Assembly (NCBI GenBank): GCA_964573625.1
Contig: CAZNJU010000001.1
Span: 256,661-320,660 of the forward strand
DNA from: Candidatus Woesearchaeota archaeon
Lineage (GTDB): Archaea > Nanobdellota > Nanobdellia > Pacearchaeales > GW2011-AR1
Length of the DNA: 64,000 nucleotides
Direction of reading: 5' to 3'
A program made the position numbers and the translations under genes. The notes beneath the pieces were generated by a model that saw only the letters and a program-made list of their open reading frames with translations, was not told the origin of the DNA and made no database searches. Shown here one piece after another: positions 19,549 to 30,144 of the stretch; the stretch's first letter is position 1; every line of letters begins with the position of its first letter.

Positions 19549-22500
19549 AACCAACGTTTCAAAGCTTCTTGTTTTTCTTTCTCTTTTCCAAAAATTCCTT
19601 GAATGTCTTTTTCAGTTATCTCAAGACATTCAAGCAAATAAGGGCTTACATTGTACGTTCTAGCTAGATTAAGTGCCGAGGCAAGATACTTGATAATGCT
19701 TCCTTCAGAAATAGTGAAAATAAGTTTTCCGCCACATGCTGAACATTTGCCTGATAGAGGCACTCTTCTAAAGCTCTCATTGCATTCAACACATCTGAAC
19801 GCCTGCATAGAGAACTTTCTAAGGTTACCCCTGATATCTCTCATAAAATGTCTTTCAATAGTTAAACGTGCAACGTCTGTTAAGTCAACAGCACGTATCT
19901 TACTACATAACCTCATTTGAGAGTTGACTTTGTCTTGCATAGTCGGAAGCGTTTTGTAACTTGAACAAAGAGGTCCTCCGTTGATATTACTCACCTCATA
20001 AAAGTAATTAACATTATCAAACTCGTGCTCTCCTCCGATTCTGCCTCTAATTTGTTCCATTTTGAGAGTCATAGGGCTTTGCTCAAGTTCCGCAGCTTCA
20101 TAGAGTGCTAGTGGAACCGTCTTACTTACATCTAGGTCAAAAATCATATCATCTACTTCTCCTGCGCGCATACGTGTGTTAAGAACGAGCGGTGCATCTT
20201 GAGTTCCACCTCTGTGCGAAGGTAAGAATTTACGTGAAAAATTGATAAGTAGATCCATAAGAAGCATTACGGCAGCTTCATCACCATCGCAGTCTCGACG
20301 CATAGCTGCATGGATATAAGGTGAGGCGAGAAGAGCCTGTACTTTTGAAAATCCTATGATTCTTCCAACTACTGCTGCACAATTATGAGGTGCTATGCAT
20401 CCTAAAAGTTGTCCAACAAGATCTTCTTTTTTTGCAAGGTTAAAGAATCTAGGCAAATTATAAAGTCTGTCAAGTTCGTCATCAACGAATTTAGTGATAT
20501 TTAGAAAAACTGTATCTGCTCGCTCATCCGGGCTTTCGGGACAAGCTGGTAAAATTATATCGTGTGGAAATATTTCAAGAACTTGATTATCATTCTCCAG
20601 AGGTTTACCATTCACGTCTTTTTCATAACCCATTTTGAGTAATGTTTCAACCGACGTACCCACTTCTTTTGGTTTAAAATGAGTTATGGGCATTTCAGTC
20701 ATATCATACCTAATAGTTCCATCTTTGTTAACATGCAAATTATACTTTGCACGAAGCAATCCCTTGCCTAGATGCTCACAACTATGGTCTGCACTAGATG
20801 TTCCTCGAACGCCTTTTACTGCAGCAGGTATTTCCTCAATTCGAACCCCTGTAAGTTGCTTAGCTTTTTCAAAAAACGTCTTGATATCTACTCGCTGTTT
20901 AGAAAAGGGAAGACCCTTATTATGTTCGATACATACACTATCGTAAAGTCTATCACATTGAGGACAATAAAGTTTTTTCTTACAAGTCTCATGACACTGA
21001 TCACACACAGGATAAATTTTCTGCACATTACAAGTAGTACAGTGATAAAGAGGAAAGTCGCTACGTACTGTTCCAACTTCAACAGCTGCTTGAACGCTTC
21101 GTAATCTTCCGCCTTCAGTTCCAACTGGAAAGAGTACATGCGGGCTTCCTGTAAGTTTGCGTAGCTTAGCTTTTTCAGGACGACCCATACGTGCCCCGAT
21201 GAAAGTGCCTGCTTTATCTTTGATAGGTATTGACGACAGAGCGTTTATGATACTTAGCACATCGACTTCGGCAGGTATTTGAGAAATAAGTTTCTCAAAA
21301 GATTGTTCAAGGGAGTCATAAGTGGTGATTCCTAAATTAAAAAGGAGGGCTCGTGCAGATACCTCAGAAATAATTACATTTTCTAAAGATACTTCATGTG
21401 GACATCCTATAAGCTCCAAAACACGCTTACCTCGTGCAAAACGCTCGCGATCTACTTTGGTAAATGGAAGTACAAATCGAGAAGTGTATGTACCTCTTGA
21501 TATCCAGTCTATTAAAGCCATAAAATCGTCACGATCAATTTGACTCCAATAAAAAGTGTAAGACGGATGAAGGGCTATAGAATACTTCTTGGAAAGCTCG
21601 ATAGAGTTGTCCAATGAAGGCACTAGCTCGGAAGTGCCTCCTGCCTTAATGAGTTGTTCTAACCAATACTGCTCAACATATCCCGGTTTATCGAGTAAAT
21701 GATTTCGATTTCGATAGTCGCCATAAGGTACAAGTATGTCTCCTAAATAGATTATTTCAGCAAGCTCTGGGGCAAATTGCTTTGCTTGATCTGAGGTAGA
21801 CACATAGTGGACGCTTCCATCCAAAAGCTTGATAATTGGTCCATCAATACTGTCGCACACAGCAATAGTACACCCTTTAGTAGGTTTTTCTATTTTAAGT
21901 TGCGTTCCTACGGCAATGAAATTATCTGAAAGGACCATTGTAGCGGGATGGACTGCTAGAGTCGAGTAACCTGTATTACGAGCCCTTCCATATCGAAGCC
22001 TAAACGCTCCAGAATAGCTTGGATGTGCAAAAACAGGTCTCCCCGCAACGAGATCTTTGATATATGTTGCACTGGCGCCCGCTCCAACGGCTTTATTTTC
22101 TTTAATTTTCTTTTGCATTGCAACAAATCCCTCAAGCCAACCCCAGTCGCTCAGCAAAAATCCTTTTTCCTTAAGTTTAATCACTCGTGCAAGGATTTTA
22201 GGAGCTTTCTGTGCAATACCTTCTCCCATGACCAAGGCAAATCCGCTTCGAATATAGTTCGTTTCTATACGTGGAAGATCCTTGTAATTGTAAACCTCTC
22301 TATCTTCACTAGGGTCTCCGGTTAACTGAACAGGTAAGTATTTCATAAGTTCTTCTATTTCCTGTTCACTTGGCAAATATTGAAGATTGTTTATACGTTC
22401 ATGATATTCATAACATTCATGAATTCCTCGCTTCACTTCTTCCTGAGTAGGGTCATAACGAGCATATCCGAAGATTTCACGCAAATGATCAATGATTACT

Positions 22501-22985
22501 AACGAAAAAGCGGCTTCCGTTCCCCCGGCAGAACGAATCGGTCCCGAGAAGTAAGGTGCGAAGTAATCTTTTCCATCCATAGTTTTCTTAAGTTTAAGTT
22601 GAACAAAACCTTCAATAGGTGATGAAACCACTCCAAGAGTGAGATAAGCAATAGCTATACGTATTCCTGCCTCAATAGCTTCGAGATGACTTGCAAATTT
22701 ACAGTAAGTTTCCTTTGCAACTTCTTCCGCGACACGTAAAGCAACCGCAGGGTCAAGACTTCCGTATTGCTTCTCTAAATCTAGGATTCTTTTAACAAGT
22801 CGCGGATCAGCTATCTGAGGATATACTGCAGAAATAAGTCCTACTGCTCTTTCAGCAAGAGAAGTCGCCTGTGGAACTTCAATAGAAGAAACTGGATCTA
22901 TTCCTCTCTGTCTTGCCTGTTCAGCTAGAGCGTAACAACTTTTTACATTTTCGTTAAGAGATTCAAAATATTGGTTGATGTTCAT
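19545..22985 (-). CDS. polC: DNA polymerase D large subunit DP2
   Basis: GPIRSAGGT, FRLRYGR, RMGRPEKA, RRDCDGDE, zinc fingers. Confidence 0.97.
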   Translation of the reverse strand: MNINQYFESLNENVKSCYALAEQARQRGIDPVSSIEVPQATSLAERAVGLISAVYPQIADPRLVKRILDLEKQYGSLDPAVALRVAEEVAKETYCKFASHLEAIEAGIRIAIAYLTLGVVSSPIEGFVQLKLKKTMDGKDYFAPYFSGPIRSAGGTEAAFSLVIIDHLREIFGYARYDPTQEEVKRGIHECYEYHERINNLQYLPSEQEIEELMKYLPVQLTGDPSEDREVYNYKDLPRIETNYIRSGFALVMGEGIAQKAPKILARVIKLKEKGFLLSDWGWLEGFVAMQKKIKENKAVGAGASATYIKDLVAGRPVFAHPSYSGAFRLRYGRARNTGYSTLAVHPATMVLSDNFIAVGTQLKIEKPTKGCTIAVCDSIDGPIIKLLDGSVHYVSTSDQAKQFAPELAEIIYLGDILVPYGDYRNRNHLLDKPGYVEQYWLEQLIKAGGTSELVPSLDNSIELSKKYSIALHPSYTFYWSQIDRDDFMALIDWISRGTYTSRFVLPFTKVDRERFARGKRVLELIGCPHEVSLENVIISEVSARALLFNLGITTYDSLEQSFEKLISQIPAEVDVLSIINALSSIPIKDKAGTFIGARMGRPEKAKLRKLTGSPHVLFPVGTEGGRLRSVQAAVEVGTVRSDFPLYHCTTCNVQKIYPVCDQCHETCKKKLYCPQCDRLYDSVCIEHNKGLPFSKQRVDIKTFFEKAKQLTGVRIEEIPAAVKGVRGTSSADHSCEHLGKGLLRAKYNLHVNKDGTIRYDMTEMPITHFKPKEVGTSVETLLKMGYEKDVNGKPLENDNQVLEIFPHDIILPACPESPDERADTVFLNITKFVDDELDRLYNLPRFFNLAKKEDLVGQLLGCIAPHNCAAVVGRIIGFSKVQALLASPYIHAAMRRDCDGDEAAVMLLMDLLINFSRKFLPSHRGGTQDAPLVLNTRMRAGEVDDMIFDLDVSKTVPLALYEAAELEQSPMTLKMEQIRGRIGGEHEFDNVNYFYEVSNINGGPLCSSYKTLPTMQDKVNSQMRLCSKIRAVDLTDVARLTIERHFMRDIRGNLRKFSMQAFRCVECNESFRRVPLSGKCSACGGKLIFTISEGSIIKYLASALNLARTYNVSPYLLECLEITEKDIQGIFGKEKEKQEALKRWF

Positions 22986-24526
22986 TGTGTAAAATCAAGA
23001 ACTTTAAGTTCGCGAGTCTTGACGTTGAACAAAGGAACTTTACAGGGATCAGGCACATTTCCAACCTTTTCTTCGAACTCTGTTTGAGCTTGCCAGCAAC
23101 TTCCCGTTATAATAATGGTCCCATTATAATTTTCGATATCTAGTCTGTGTACCTCTCCTGTGCATAAAACATCAGGTACTTCAGAAATAACAAGAGGATC
23201 ATGTTGAGCATTAGGAACATATACAATACTGGGACTAACTCCGTGTGTTGGAGCAAGATGTCTACGCTTAAGCATGTGTTTTACAGCTCGAGCCGGGCAG
23301 CGATGTGCTTTAGCAGCGCGTAGTTCATCAATTTCATTAATAAATGCATGAATGCTTGCTCCGTGATACATGAGTACTTTGAATTCTTTATCGCCTTCAG
23401 TAAGTTTAATCATTGAAGGATTCGAAACAAGAAAAAGATTAGGGAAAGCATAGAGCGCCTCTCCGTAAAAAGAATCAATCATTGGTTGAGGTTCAGCAAC
23501 ACGAACGGAATCGTGTTGTCCAGGACACATAAACATGGTTATATGTGGAGGCACCTGTTTAATATATGAAGCAAGCTTCGCGTATTGTTCTTTCAAACTC
23601 TTAAGGTTGAGCAGTCTTTCTTGTCCAGGAAAAACACCCACTCCATCTACATTATCTCCTACAAAAAAAATGTAACGTATAGACTTGGCAAGTTCATTTC
23701 CGCTATTGAGCCAATCAAGGAAGCGTTGAAATTCTGTTCCCAAATGCTTTTGGCTACCAACGTGTACATCTGAAACAAAGGCGATAGAATAATCTTCATC
23801 GAATCTTACTTTTTCCTTAAACGAATCAGGAAAAACAATATCGTGTACAAAAACAATTTCTCTGTTTCCAGAACCCTTTACAAGAACCACATCATCTAAT
23901 TGTAATTCACTTGCTTTTGAAAAACAGTCTGCATTTTGTTTGATAAGGGCCTTAACGCTCCCTGTTAAATCCTCAAAAGTAATTATTATATTTTTGTTGG
24001 GAGTTGTTCTTTTATCTGTAACAATTCCAATAAAGGAAAATCGTTGCCTATCTCCCGCAATTTTATTTAAGGATACTAAATTTTGTAAATCCCCTCGTTG
24101 CATAAGAATGCGTTGTAATTGTTGATAACGAGATCTAAAGTGTCCTACAAAATCAGCAATTTCTATCTTTTTATGGTTCTTGGTGTCAGTATAATATATT
24201 TGAAAGGGTAAATTTTCCTTCTTATCTTGACTGATCGGTGCAACAGAAGTTGATTTTTGAATTTCAACAGTAATTCCCATTTTGATAAAAACCGTTTCAA
24301 CTTGTTGCTTCATTTCTCCAGGCAAGCTTTTAACAACGTTTAGAACATATTCTGCATTCTTTGTCAAACTAGATGAAGTAATCATCTTCTGTCCCGAGAC
24401 TTTTTCCAAATTGTTTAAGAGATTCTTCGCAATCTCTGCGTCTGAAAAAGAGGTAAGTAAATCAAACAGATCTTTCTCTAAGAATAATCCTCTCTGTCTA
24501 ATAAATGCAATCGTGTCTTGATTCAT
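22982..24526 (-). CDS. polB: DNA polymerase D small (proofreading) subunit DP1
   Basis: OB fold plus phosphoesterase motifs SDVH, GDNVDG, PGQHD, YHG, RHLAP. Confidence 0.95.
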   Translation of the reverse strand: MNQDTIAFIRQRGLFLEKDLFDLLTSFSDAEIAKNLLNNLEKVSGQKMITSSSLTKNAEYVLNVVKSLPGEMKQQVETVFIKMGITVEIQKSTSVAPISQDKKENLPFQIYYTDTKNHKKIEIADFVGHFRSRYQQLQRILMQRGDLQNLVSLNKIAGDRQRFSFIGIVTDKRTTPNKNIIITFEDLTGSVKALIKQNADCFSKASELQLDDVVLVKGSGNREIVFVHDIVFPDSFKEKVRFDEDYSIAFVSDVHVGSQKHLGTEFQRFLDWLNSGNELAKSIRYIFFVGDNVDGVGVFPGQERLLNLKSLKEQYAKLASYIKQVPPHITMFMCPGQHDSVRVAEPQPMIDSFYGEALYAFPNLFLVSNPSMIKLTEGDKEFKVLMYHGASIHAFINEIDELRAAKAHRCPARAVKHMLKRRHLAPTHGVSPSIVYVPNAQHDPLVISEVPDVLCTGEVHRLDIENYNGTIIITGSCWQAQTEFEEKVGNVPDPCKVPLFNVKTRELKVLDFTQ

Positions 24527-25728
24527 AGGTCTAAAGAAGTCCTCAAAATCTCCTTTGATTTTGCCATAAGAGGGGTTGGAATCATGAGTTTGATTTCTCT
24601 TGTTCTACCCTGCCTTCCTTTACTTACTACTTGCGCATTAATTATTCCTAACATATCGAATTCTGCCAATATATCTGAAACGCGCCGCTGTGTTAATACT
24701 TCATTTCGTGTACGTTCACAAACCTCTTGATATTTATTATAAATATCTCCTGTGTATAGTCTGTTTTCTCCTGCTGATTCGGTAAGTTGAATAATTGAAA
24801 AGAGTACGAGTTGAAACTGCTTAGGTTCATTCTCAATAATATCCAACATTTTATCACGCTCTATTTTTTTATTAGCCTCATCTATATGTTTCAATCCTAC
24901 TACTGCGCTATTTTCCCTATCGGCAAGCTCTCCAGCAACTCGTAACAAGTCAAGCGCCCTACGAGCATCTCCATGTTCACGAGCAGCAAACGCAGCGCAT
25001 TTAGATATAACTCCTTCTTCAAGAACACCCTCTGTAAATGCCTGTAAAGCTCGTTCCTTCAGTATATCTTGTAACTGTAAAGCATTATAGGGTGGAAAAA
25101 CAAGCTCTTCTTCTCCTAATGAACTGCGAACCCTAGGATCTAGTTCATCCATAAAAGTAAGACTATTACTTATACCTACTATACTAATTTGAGCATTCTT
25201 TAGTTCGGAATTGAGACGTGTTAAGGTATAAAGAAAACTGTCTGATATTTTTTTAACAGCTTGATCTATTTCGTCAAGTACTATAAGAACAATCTGCTTT
25301 CTATTATCAATAAGTTCTACAAATTTATTATAAACACTATCTGTAGGAAGTCCTGTCGCGGGAACGCTTCCTCCTAAATTATGAATAAGTTCTGCTAAAA
25401 TACGATATTCCGTGTCTGCTACTTTCTTTAACTTACAATTTACGTAAACTACTTTTAAAGATTGGCCACCGCTGTCTTTGACCCTCTTAGTGAGTTCGTT
25501 ACTTACGTACTGTACAGATAAAGTCTTACCTGTGCCTGTTTTACCATAAACGAATAAATTACTTACCCGTTCTGTTCTAAGTGCTGGAGCAAGAATAGAA
25601 GCTACTAATTCAATTTGATCATCTCTATGTGGAATCGTTTCAGGGGTGTAATTTATTTGTAAAACACTCTTATTTTTGAACAAACTCTTGCCCGCAACAG
25701 AATCAAATATTTTTCCAAGTTCTGGCAT
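24523..25728 (-). CDS. cdc6: Orc1/Cdc6 replication initiator
   Basis: PHRDDQI, GKTGTGKT, LDEID, GDARRALDLL, C-terminal wHTH. Confidence 0.97.
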   Translation of the reverse strand: MPELGKIFDSVAGKSLFKNKSVLQINYTPETIPHRDDQIELVASILAPALRTERVSNLFVYGKTGTGKTLSVQYVSNELTKRVKDSGGQSLKVVYVNCKLKKVADTEYRILAELIHNLGGSVPATGLPTDSVYNKFVELIDNRKQIVLIVLDEIDQAVKKISDSFLYTLTRLNSELKNAQISIVGISNSLTFMDELDPRVRSSLGEEELVFPPYNALQLQDILKERALQAFTEGVLEEGVISKCAAFAAREHGDARRALDLLRVAGELADRENSAVVGLKHIDEANKKIERDKMLDIIENEPKQFQLVLFSIIQLTESAGENRLYTGDIYNKYQEVCERTRNEVLTQRRVSDILAEFDMLGIINAQVVSKGRQGRTREIKLMIPTPLMAKSKEILRTSLDL

Positions 25729-25783
25729 GATACACCTCTTTCTGAAAGAGTATCCATTAGATTATAAACTTATTGTCACTGAA

Positions 25784-26008
25784 ACCTCTATTTCCTATGG
25801 AAATAGCTCTAATTTCATACTTTATAAAAAAGGAGACTGACACCAACGTTTCCACTGGAAAATAATAAAAATAAAAATAAAAATATATCTATTATATACT
25901 ATATTATATATATTATAATATATAAATATTTAAAAGTAAAAAATAGAAAAAAAGAAAAGTAAATTTGTTTTTAAATCTTAGTATATATTCCATACGAAAT
26001 CATGGGGT
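25784..26008. other. Chromosomal replication origin (oriC): ORB elements flanking an AT-rich unwinding element
   Basis: Minus-strand TTCCATAGGAAATAGAGGT (25784-25802) and TTCCAGTGGAAAC (25848-25860); highly AT-rich 25861-25987; plus-strand TTCCATACGAAATCATGGGGT (25988-26008); directly upstream of cdc6. Confidence 0.88.
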
Positions 26009-26088
26009 GAGGGTGTTGTATATGAATAATCGTATAGCTATTAACAATTATACAAAACTTTAAATACCTCCTCCGCTGTTTTTCTAGA

Positions 26089-26349
26089 ATGGCATTAGAA
26101 AAGAGACCACTTAAGCATGTTCTTGGTAAACTCGTAGTTACTAAAGAAGGTAAGCGTTTAGGTCTTGTAAAAGACGTTACATTTGAAACAAGAACAGGAG
26201 AACTGCTTCAATTACTCTTAAAAGATGCAACGATATATACTAAAAACCTGAATTTAGAGGTTTCTCAGGATAAAGACACAGTAGTTCCTTATAATTCTAT
26301 TATTGCAATAGGCGATTTCGTGGTTGTTTCTGAAGAAGATCTTACATAA
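26089..26349 (+). CDS. PRC-barrel domain protein
   Basis: LGKLVVTKEGKRLGLVKDV...VPYNSIIAIGDFVVV. Confidence 0.85.
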   Translation: MALEKRPLKHVLGKLVVTKEGKRLGLVKDVTFETRTGELLQLLLKDATIYTKNLNLEVSQDKDTVVPYNSIIAIGDFVVVSEEDLT

Positions 26350-26356
26350 TAATACT

Positions 26357-26779
26357 ATGAAAATAATTGGATTTAATTACACTAAAATTAGTGCTGAAAA
26401 GGCTCATAGAGTTGTGAATGCAACAGTTAACACCAATATCGAATTTTTGAATGTTGAAAAAGAATCTATGAATCTCTTAAAAGACGCAGAGCCCTTAAAA
26501 ATAACTTTCAAATACAACTTAACCTACGAAGGAAAAGAAAAAAAGCCAGAAAAACAAGGTGAAATTATGTTCGAAGGATATATTATTATAGCCGCAACAA
26601 AAGACGAAGTTAAAAATATAAATAAGGCATGGAAAAATAAAGAATTTCCAATTAGTTTGAAAATTCCACTTTTTAATATTATATTAAAGAAATGTACTCC
26701 AAAAGCAATCTACTTACAAGACGAAATAAGCCTTCCGTCGCATGTTCCAGTCCCTCGTTTATCTCCTAAACAGGAATAA
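26357..26779 (+). CDS. Conserved archaeal hypothetical protein (possible SecB-like fold)
   Basis: MKIIGFNYTKISAEK...ISLPSHVPVP pattern; start trimmed. Confidence 0.55.
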   Translation: MKIIGFNYTKISAEKAHRVVNATVNTNIEFLNVEKESMNLLKDAEPLKITFKYNLTYEGKEKKPEKQGEIMFEGYIIIAATKDEVKNINKAWKNKEFPISLKIPLFNIILKKCTPKAIYLQDEISLPSHVPVPRLSPKQE

Positions 26780-26781
26780 TT

Positions 26782-27477
26782 CTAAATTCGTTCAAGAGGC
26801 CCAAAATCTAAGGCCTGCCCATCATCGCTAACAACTATTGCTCTAAACTTTCCAAAAGCAAAATTCCACGGATTACGCACAGGTTGTTCTCTAACATCAC
26901 TTCCCTCACTACCAGGAAAAAAACTTGGAACAATAATAATTTTTTTCTTTTTGTACGTCCCCTGAAGAAAACACTTATATTTTTCTATTTTGGAACCATC
27001 TATGAATGTAATGGCAGGGTGAAAATGACCCAATACCCATGTTTTTACGGAATCATCATATAATGCTGGAAAGTCTCGGTCGCCGTGCATAAATATGTAA
27101 TCTTCCCAAGTATAATAATCTACAAGAGTAACTGAAAGTTCTCGCACAAGTGGCTCAAGTAATGCATCGTGGTTTCCTTTAACAATCACCACTTTCTTAG
27201 CTCGTTTACCACATATTGTAAGCAGTTTGGTTATCTCTTGTCGTTCTTCCCATAAAATTGTTCCAATAGCATGCTTCAAATCCCCTAAAATAACGATTGT
27301 ATCAATAAAATCAACACGTTTCAATACATCTTCCAATTCAGTTACAATATTTTCATAAATTTTAGTAGGAATCATAAACCCAGACTTCCAGAGCGCCTCA
27401 TTATATCCTAAGTGAAGATCCCCAATTACCAATACTTTCTTATCTAACAATAACGTCTTTCCAATAAATTCAATCAT
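26782..27477 (-). CDS. Metallophosphoesterase (Lhr-associated)
   Basis: GDLHLG, GDLKH, GNHD, HG, GHFHP. Confidence 0.88.
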   Translation of the reverse strand: MIEFIGKTLLLDKKVLVIGDLHLGYNEALWKSGFMIPTKIYENIVTELEDVLKRVDFIDTIVILGDLKHAIGTILWEERQEITKLLTICGKRAKKVVIVKGNHDALLEPLVRELSVTLVDYYTWEDYIFMHGDRDFPALYDDSVKTWVLGHFHPAITFIDGSKIEKYKCFLQGTYKKKKIIIVPSFFPGSEGSDVREQPVRNPWNFAFGKFRAIVVSDDGQALDFGPLERI

Positions 27478-30059
27478 TTTTTATCAATTACTTTTAACTG
27501 CAATTGATGCATTCTCTTGAGGAAATTAGCACGATCTTCCATACTAATAAGATCAGTGTGACTCTGTAATAATAAGGTTAATCCAAAGGGAGAAACCATT
27601 GGAACACGCATAGTTTTTACAGATACTCTCTTTCGTTCAATCCACTCAAGAACAACTTTTGCTTGAGGAACATCCATAAGATCTTCAAATACTTCTCTTC
27701 GAGCCTCTTGCAAAATAGGAAATTCATCGCTCAGTTGCTTAACGCTTGTTAGCAGAAAACTCGAATGAACCTGCTGTTTTCCAACCGATTTCGATCTACC
27801 TTTGTAATTTCTCAAAATCATAAGGCTTCGAGAGGCACAATGTCTAAATCGTCTCTTCAAAACGTCCGTCTTTTCAATAGCTTCTTTCACAATAAGTTCA
27901 ACATTCTTAGACGTCACATATTCAATTATCTTTTTTTCATCGAGTTTTTCAGCACTAATAAAGAAACCATTATCATTAATTCCTAACTCAACGTCACGAT
28001 GTCTAAGACGTGCAGCGGCAAAGGCATATGCACGTGACAGAACATCATTAACACGTCTTCCATACATAGAATGAAAGAAAAGATATTCTTTATCAGAAAC
28101 AAATTTTTCAACTAACAGTGTTTGAGAATCCGGAATCATGGAAAACTGGTGCTGTTCAAGCATGTACTGATAAATCGTATGAGCTATTTCCGGAGAACAT
28201 TCAAGGTATTCTTCCAAGAAAGCAAGACTCTCCTTTCGATTATCTATTCTTTCACGTACAAGTCCGCGCAATCTCCCAATGTCACATGCTAACTCAAAAG
28301 TAAGAGGTAATTGTTCTGAAAACCAGCTTGGAACAGTTGGCTGTCGCGAAACATCTGCTTGCACGTAAGCTTTCATTCCACGTGAAAACAAGTATTGATA
28401 CTTGGCTCCACCCAATACAAATACGTCCCCACGTTTCAAACGCTCAAGAAACGCCTCATCTATTGAACCAACCCCCTCACCTCTTCGACCACCCTTACCA
28501 ATGACGACTTCCACATACCCTTCTTCAGGAATAGTTCCAATATTAGTCATATAAATAATGCGTGCAAGTTTTCCTTTCTTTCCAATGTCTCCTGTCTTAG
28601 CGTCATACCATATCTTAGCATATACATGTCTATGTTCAAGGGCATAATCTCCTGCCAAATAGCTAACAATCGAGAAAAACGCCTCTCGACTTAAGTTTCG
28701 ATAGCAGTAACTCTTACGAATTACTTTAAGCATAGCATCAGCATTCCATACACGTTGAATAGCCATCCCAAATATATGTTGTGAAAGCACATCAAGCGCA
28801 TTTTGAGGTATAGTAATCGTGTCAATCTTCTTATCTCGCATGTTTTTCATAAGAGCAGCACATTCAACCAGATCGTCACGATCAAGAACGATAAACCGGC
28901 CTTTCGGATTCTCATGAAGTTTATGTCCTGCACGCCCAATACGTTGTAAAGCTCGCGCAACACCCTTAGGCGAACGCAACAACACAACAAGGTCGATACT
29001 CCCAATGTCTATACCTAATTCTAAGCTAGTCGAACTAACAACTACCTTCAATTCACCCTTTCTCAATCGTTCTTCTATCTCAAATCTTCGAGCTTTATTC
29101 ATTGAGCTATGATGTGCCCCTATCAAGCCCGTGTATTTTCCAGGGAAATGCAAGTCAAGGTAGTGAATTATCTTTTCAGTAGCATTTCGAGTGTTAGTAA
29201 ATATAAGCGTAGTCTTATGTTCCTGAATTAAATCGTGTAAAATATGATACAGTCTTCTCTGTTGTTCGGGGGCATCGGTCTCCAGCAGATCACGCGAGGG
29301 GCTAATAAGTCCAACATCTATTTTTTTTAATAATTTAACTTCTGCAATAAGACACTCACGTTCACTACCCACCAAAAATCGAGCAATTTCATCCAAAGGA
29401 GCAATGGTAGCGCTCAATCCAACCCGCACAGGATCAATTACACTAATCTCTGCAAGTCTTTCAAGCGTCAGTGTCAAGTGTACGCCTCGCTTATTAGCCA
29501 TCGCATGAATCTCATCTACAATAATAAACTCAAGAGCTTGCAAATTTTTACCAAATATAGGAGCACTCAATACAATTGCAAGACTCTCAGGGGTCGTAAT
29601 AAAAATATGAGGTATCTTGCGTGCTTGTTTCGCTCGTTCACCAGGAGTCGTATCTCCTGTTCTCAATCCAACCCGAATCTCTTGCAAGGTAATCTTCTTC
29701 TTCTCAGCTAATTCGGTTATTTCCTTGAGTGGTTGAACCAAATTAACAGCGATATCATTGCTCAAAGCCTTAAGCGGAGAGATGTAAACGGCATAAATCT
29801 TATTTTCAAGCTCATTTTTACTCGCGAGCTCTACCAAATAGTTGATAATAGCCAAAAAAGCAGTCAGCGTCTTAGTTCCTCCGGTAGGTGCACTCACAAG
29901 AATATTTTTTCTATCGTGAATGTACTTAACAGCGTGCAATTGTGTAGGCGAGAACGCTTTGAATTTACCAAAGAACCACTCTCGCACCAACGGATGCAGT
30001 AGCTCTTTAAGCGCCCTTTCATCGGCAGGTTCAACGTAGGATACGAGGTTCTGTTGCAT
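27474..30059 (-). CDS. lhr: ATP-dependent helicase Lhr (core)
   Basis: APTGGTKT, SPLKAL, DEIH, SAT, HHSS, LELGIDIG, QRIGRAGH. Confidence 0.93.
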   Translation of the reverse strand: MQQNLVSYVEPADERALKELLHPLVREWFFGKFKAFSPTQLHAVKYIHDRKNILVSAPTGGTKTLTAFLAIINYLVELASKNELENKIYAVYISPLKALSNDIAVNLVQPLKEITELAEKKKITLQEIRVGLRTGDTTPGERAKQARKIPHIFITTPESLAIVLSAPIFGKNLQALEFIIVDEIHAMANKRGVHLTLTLERLAEISVIDPVRVGLSATIAPLDEIARFLVGSERECLIAEVKLLKKIDVGLISPSRDLLETDAPEQQRRLYHILHDLIQEHKTTLIFTNTRNATEKIIHYLDLHFPGKYTGLIGAHHSSMNKARRFEIEERLRKGELKVVVSSTSLELGIDIGSIDLVVLLRSPKGVARALQRIGRAGHKLHENPKGRFIVLDRDDLVECAALMKNMRDKKIDTITIPQNALDVLSQHIFGMAIQRVWNADAMLKVIRKSYCYRNLSREAFFSIVSYLAGDYALEHRHVYAKIWYDAKTGDIGKKGKLARIIYMTNIGTIPEEGYVEVVIGKGGRRGEGVGSIDEAFLERLKRGDVFVLGGAKYQYLFSRGMKAYVQADVSRQPTVPSWFSEQLPLTFELACDIGRLRGLVRERIDNRKESLAFLEEYLECSPEIAHTIYQYMLEQHQFSMIPDSQTLLVEKFVSDKEYLFFHSMYGRRVNDVLSRAYAFAAARLRHRDVELGINDNGFFISAEKLDEKKIIEYVTSKNVELIVKEAIEKTDVLKRRFRHCASRSLMILRNYKGRSKSVGKQQVHSSFLLTSVKQLSDEFPILQEARREVFEDLMDVPQAKVVLEWIERKRVSVKTMRVPMVSPFGLTLLLQSHTDLISMEDRANFLKRMHQLQLKVIDKK

Positions 30060-30144
30060 GGTATGAAAAGCTCCGTGAAGAATAACAATCCGAGCCAACC
30101 TATCGGTTACCCGATCTTTTTAATAGTTTCGGTCAAATTAATTT

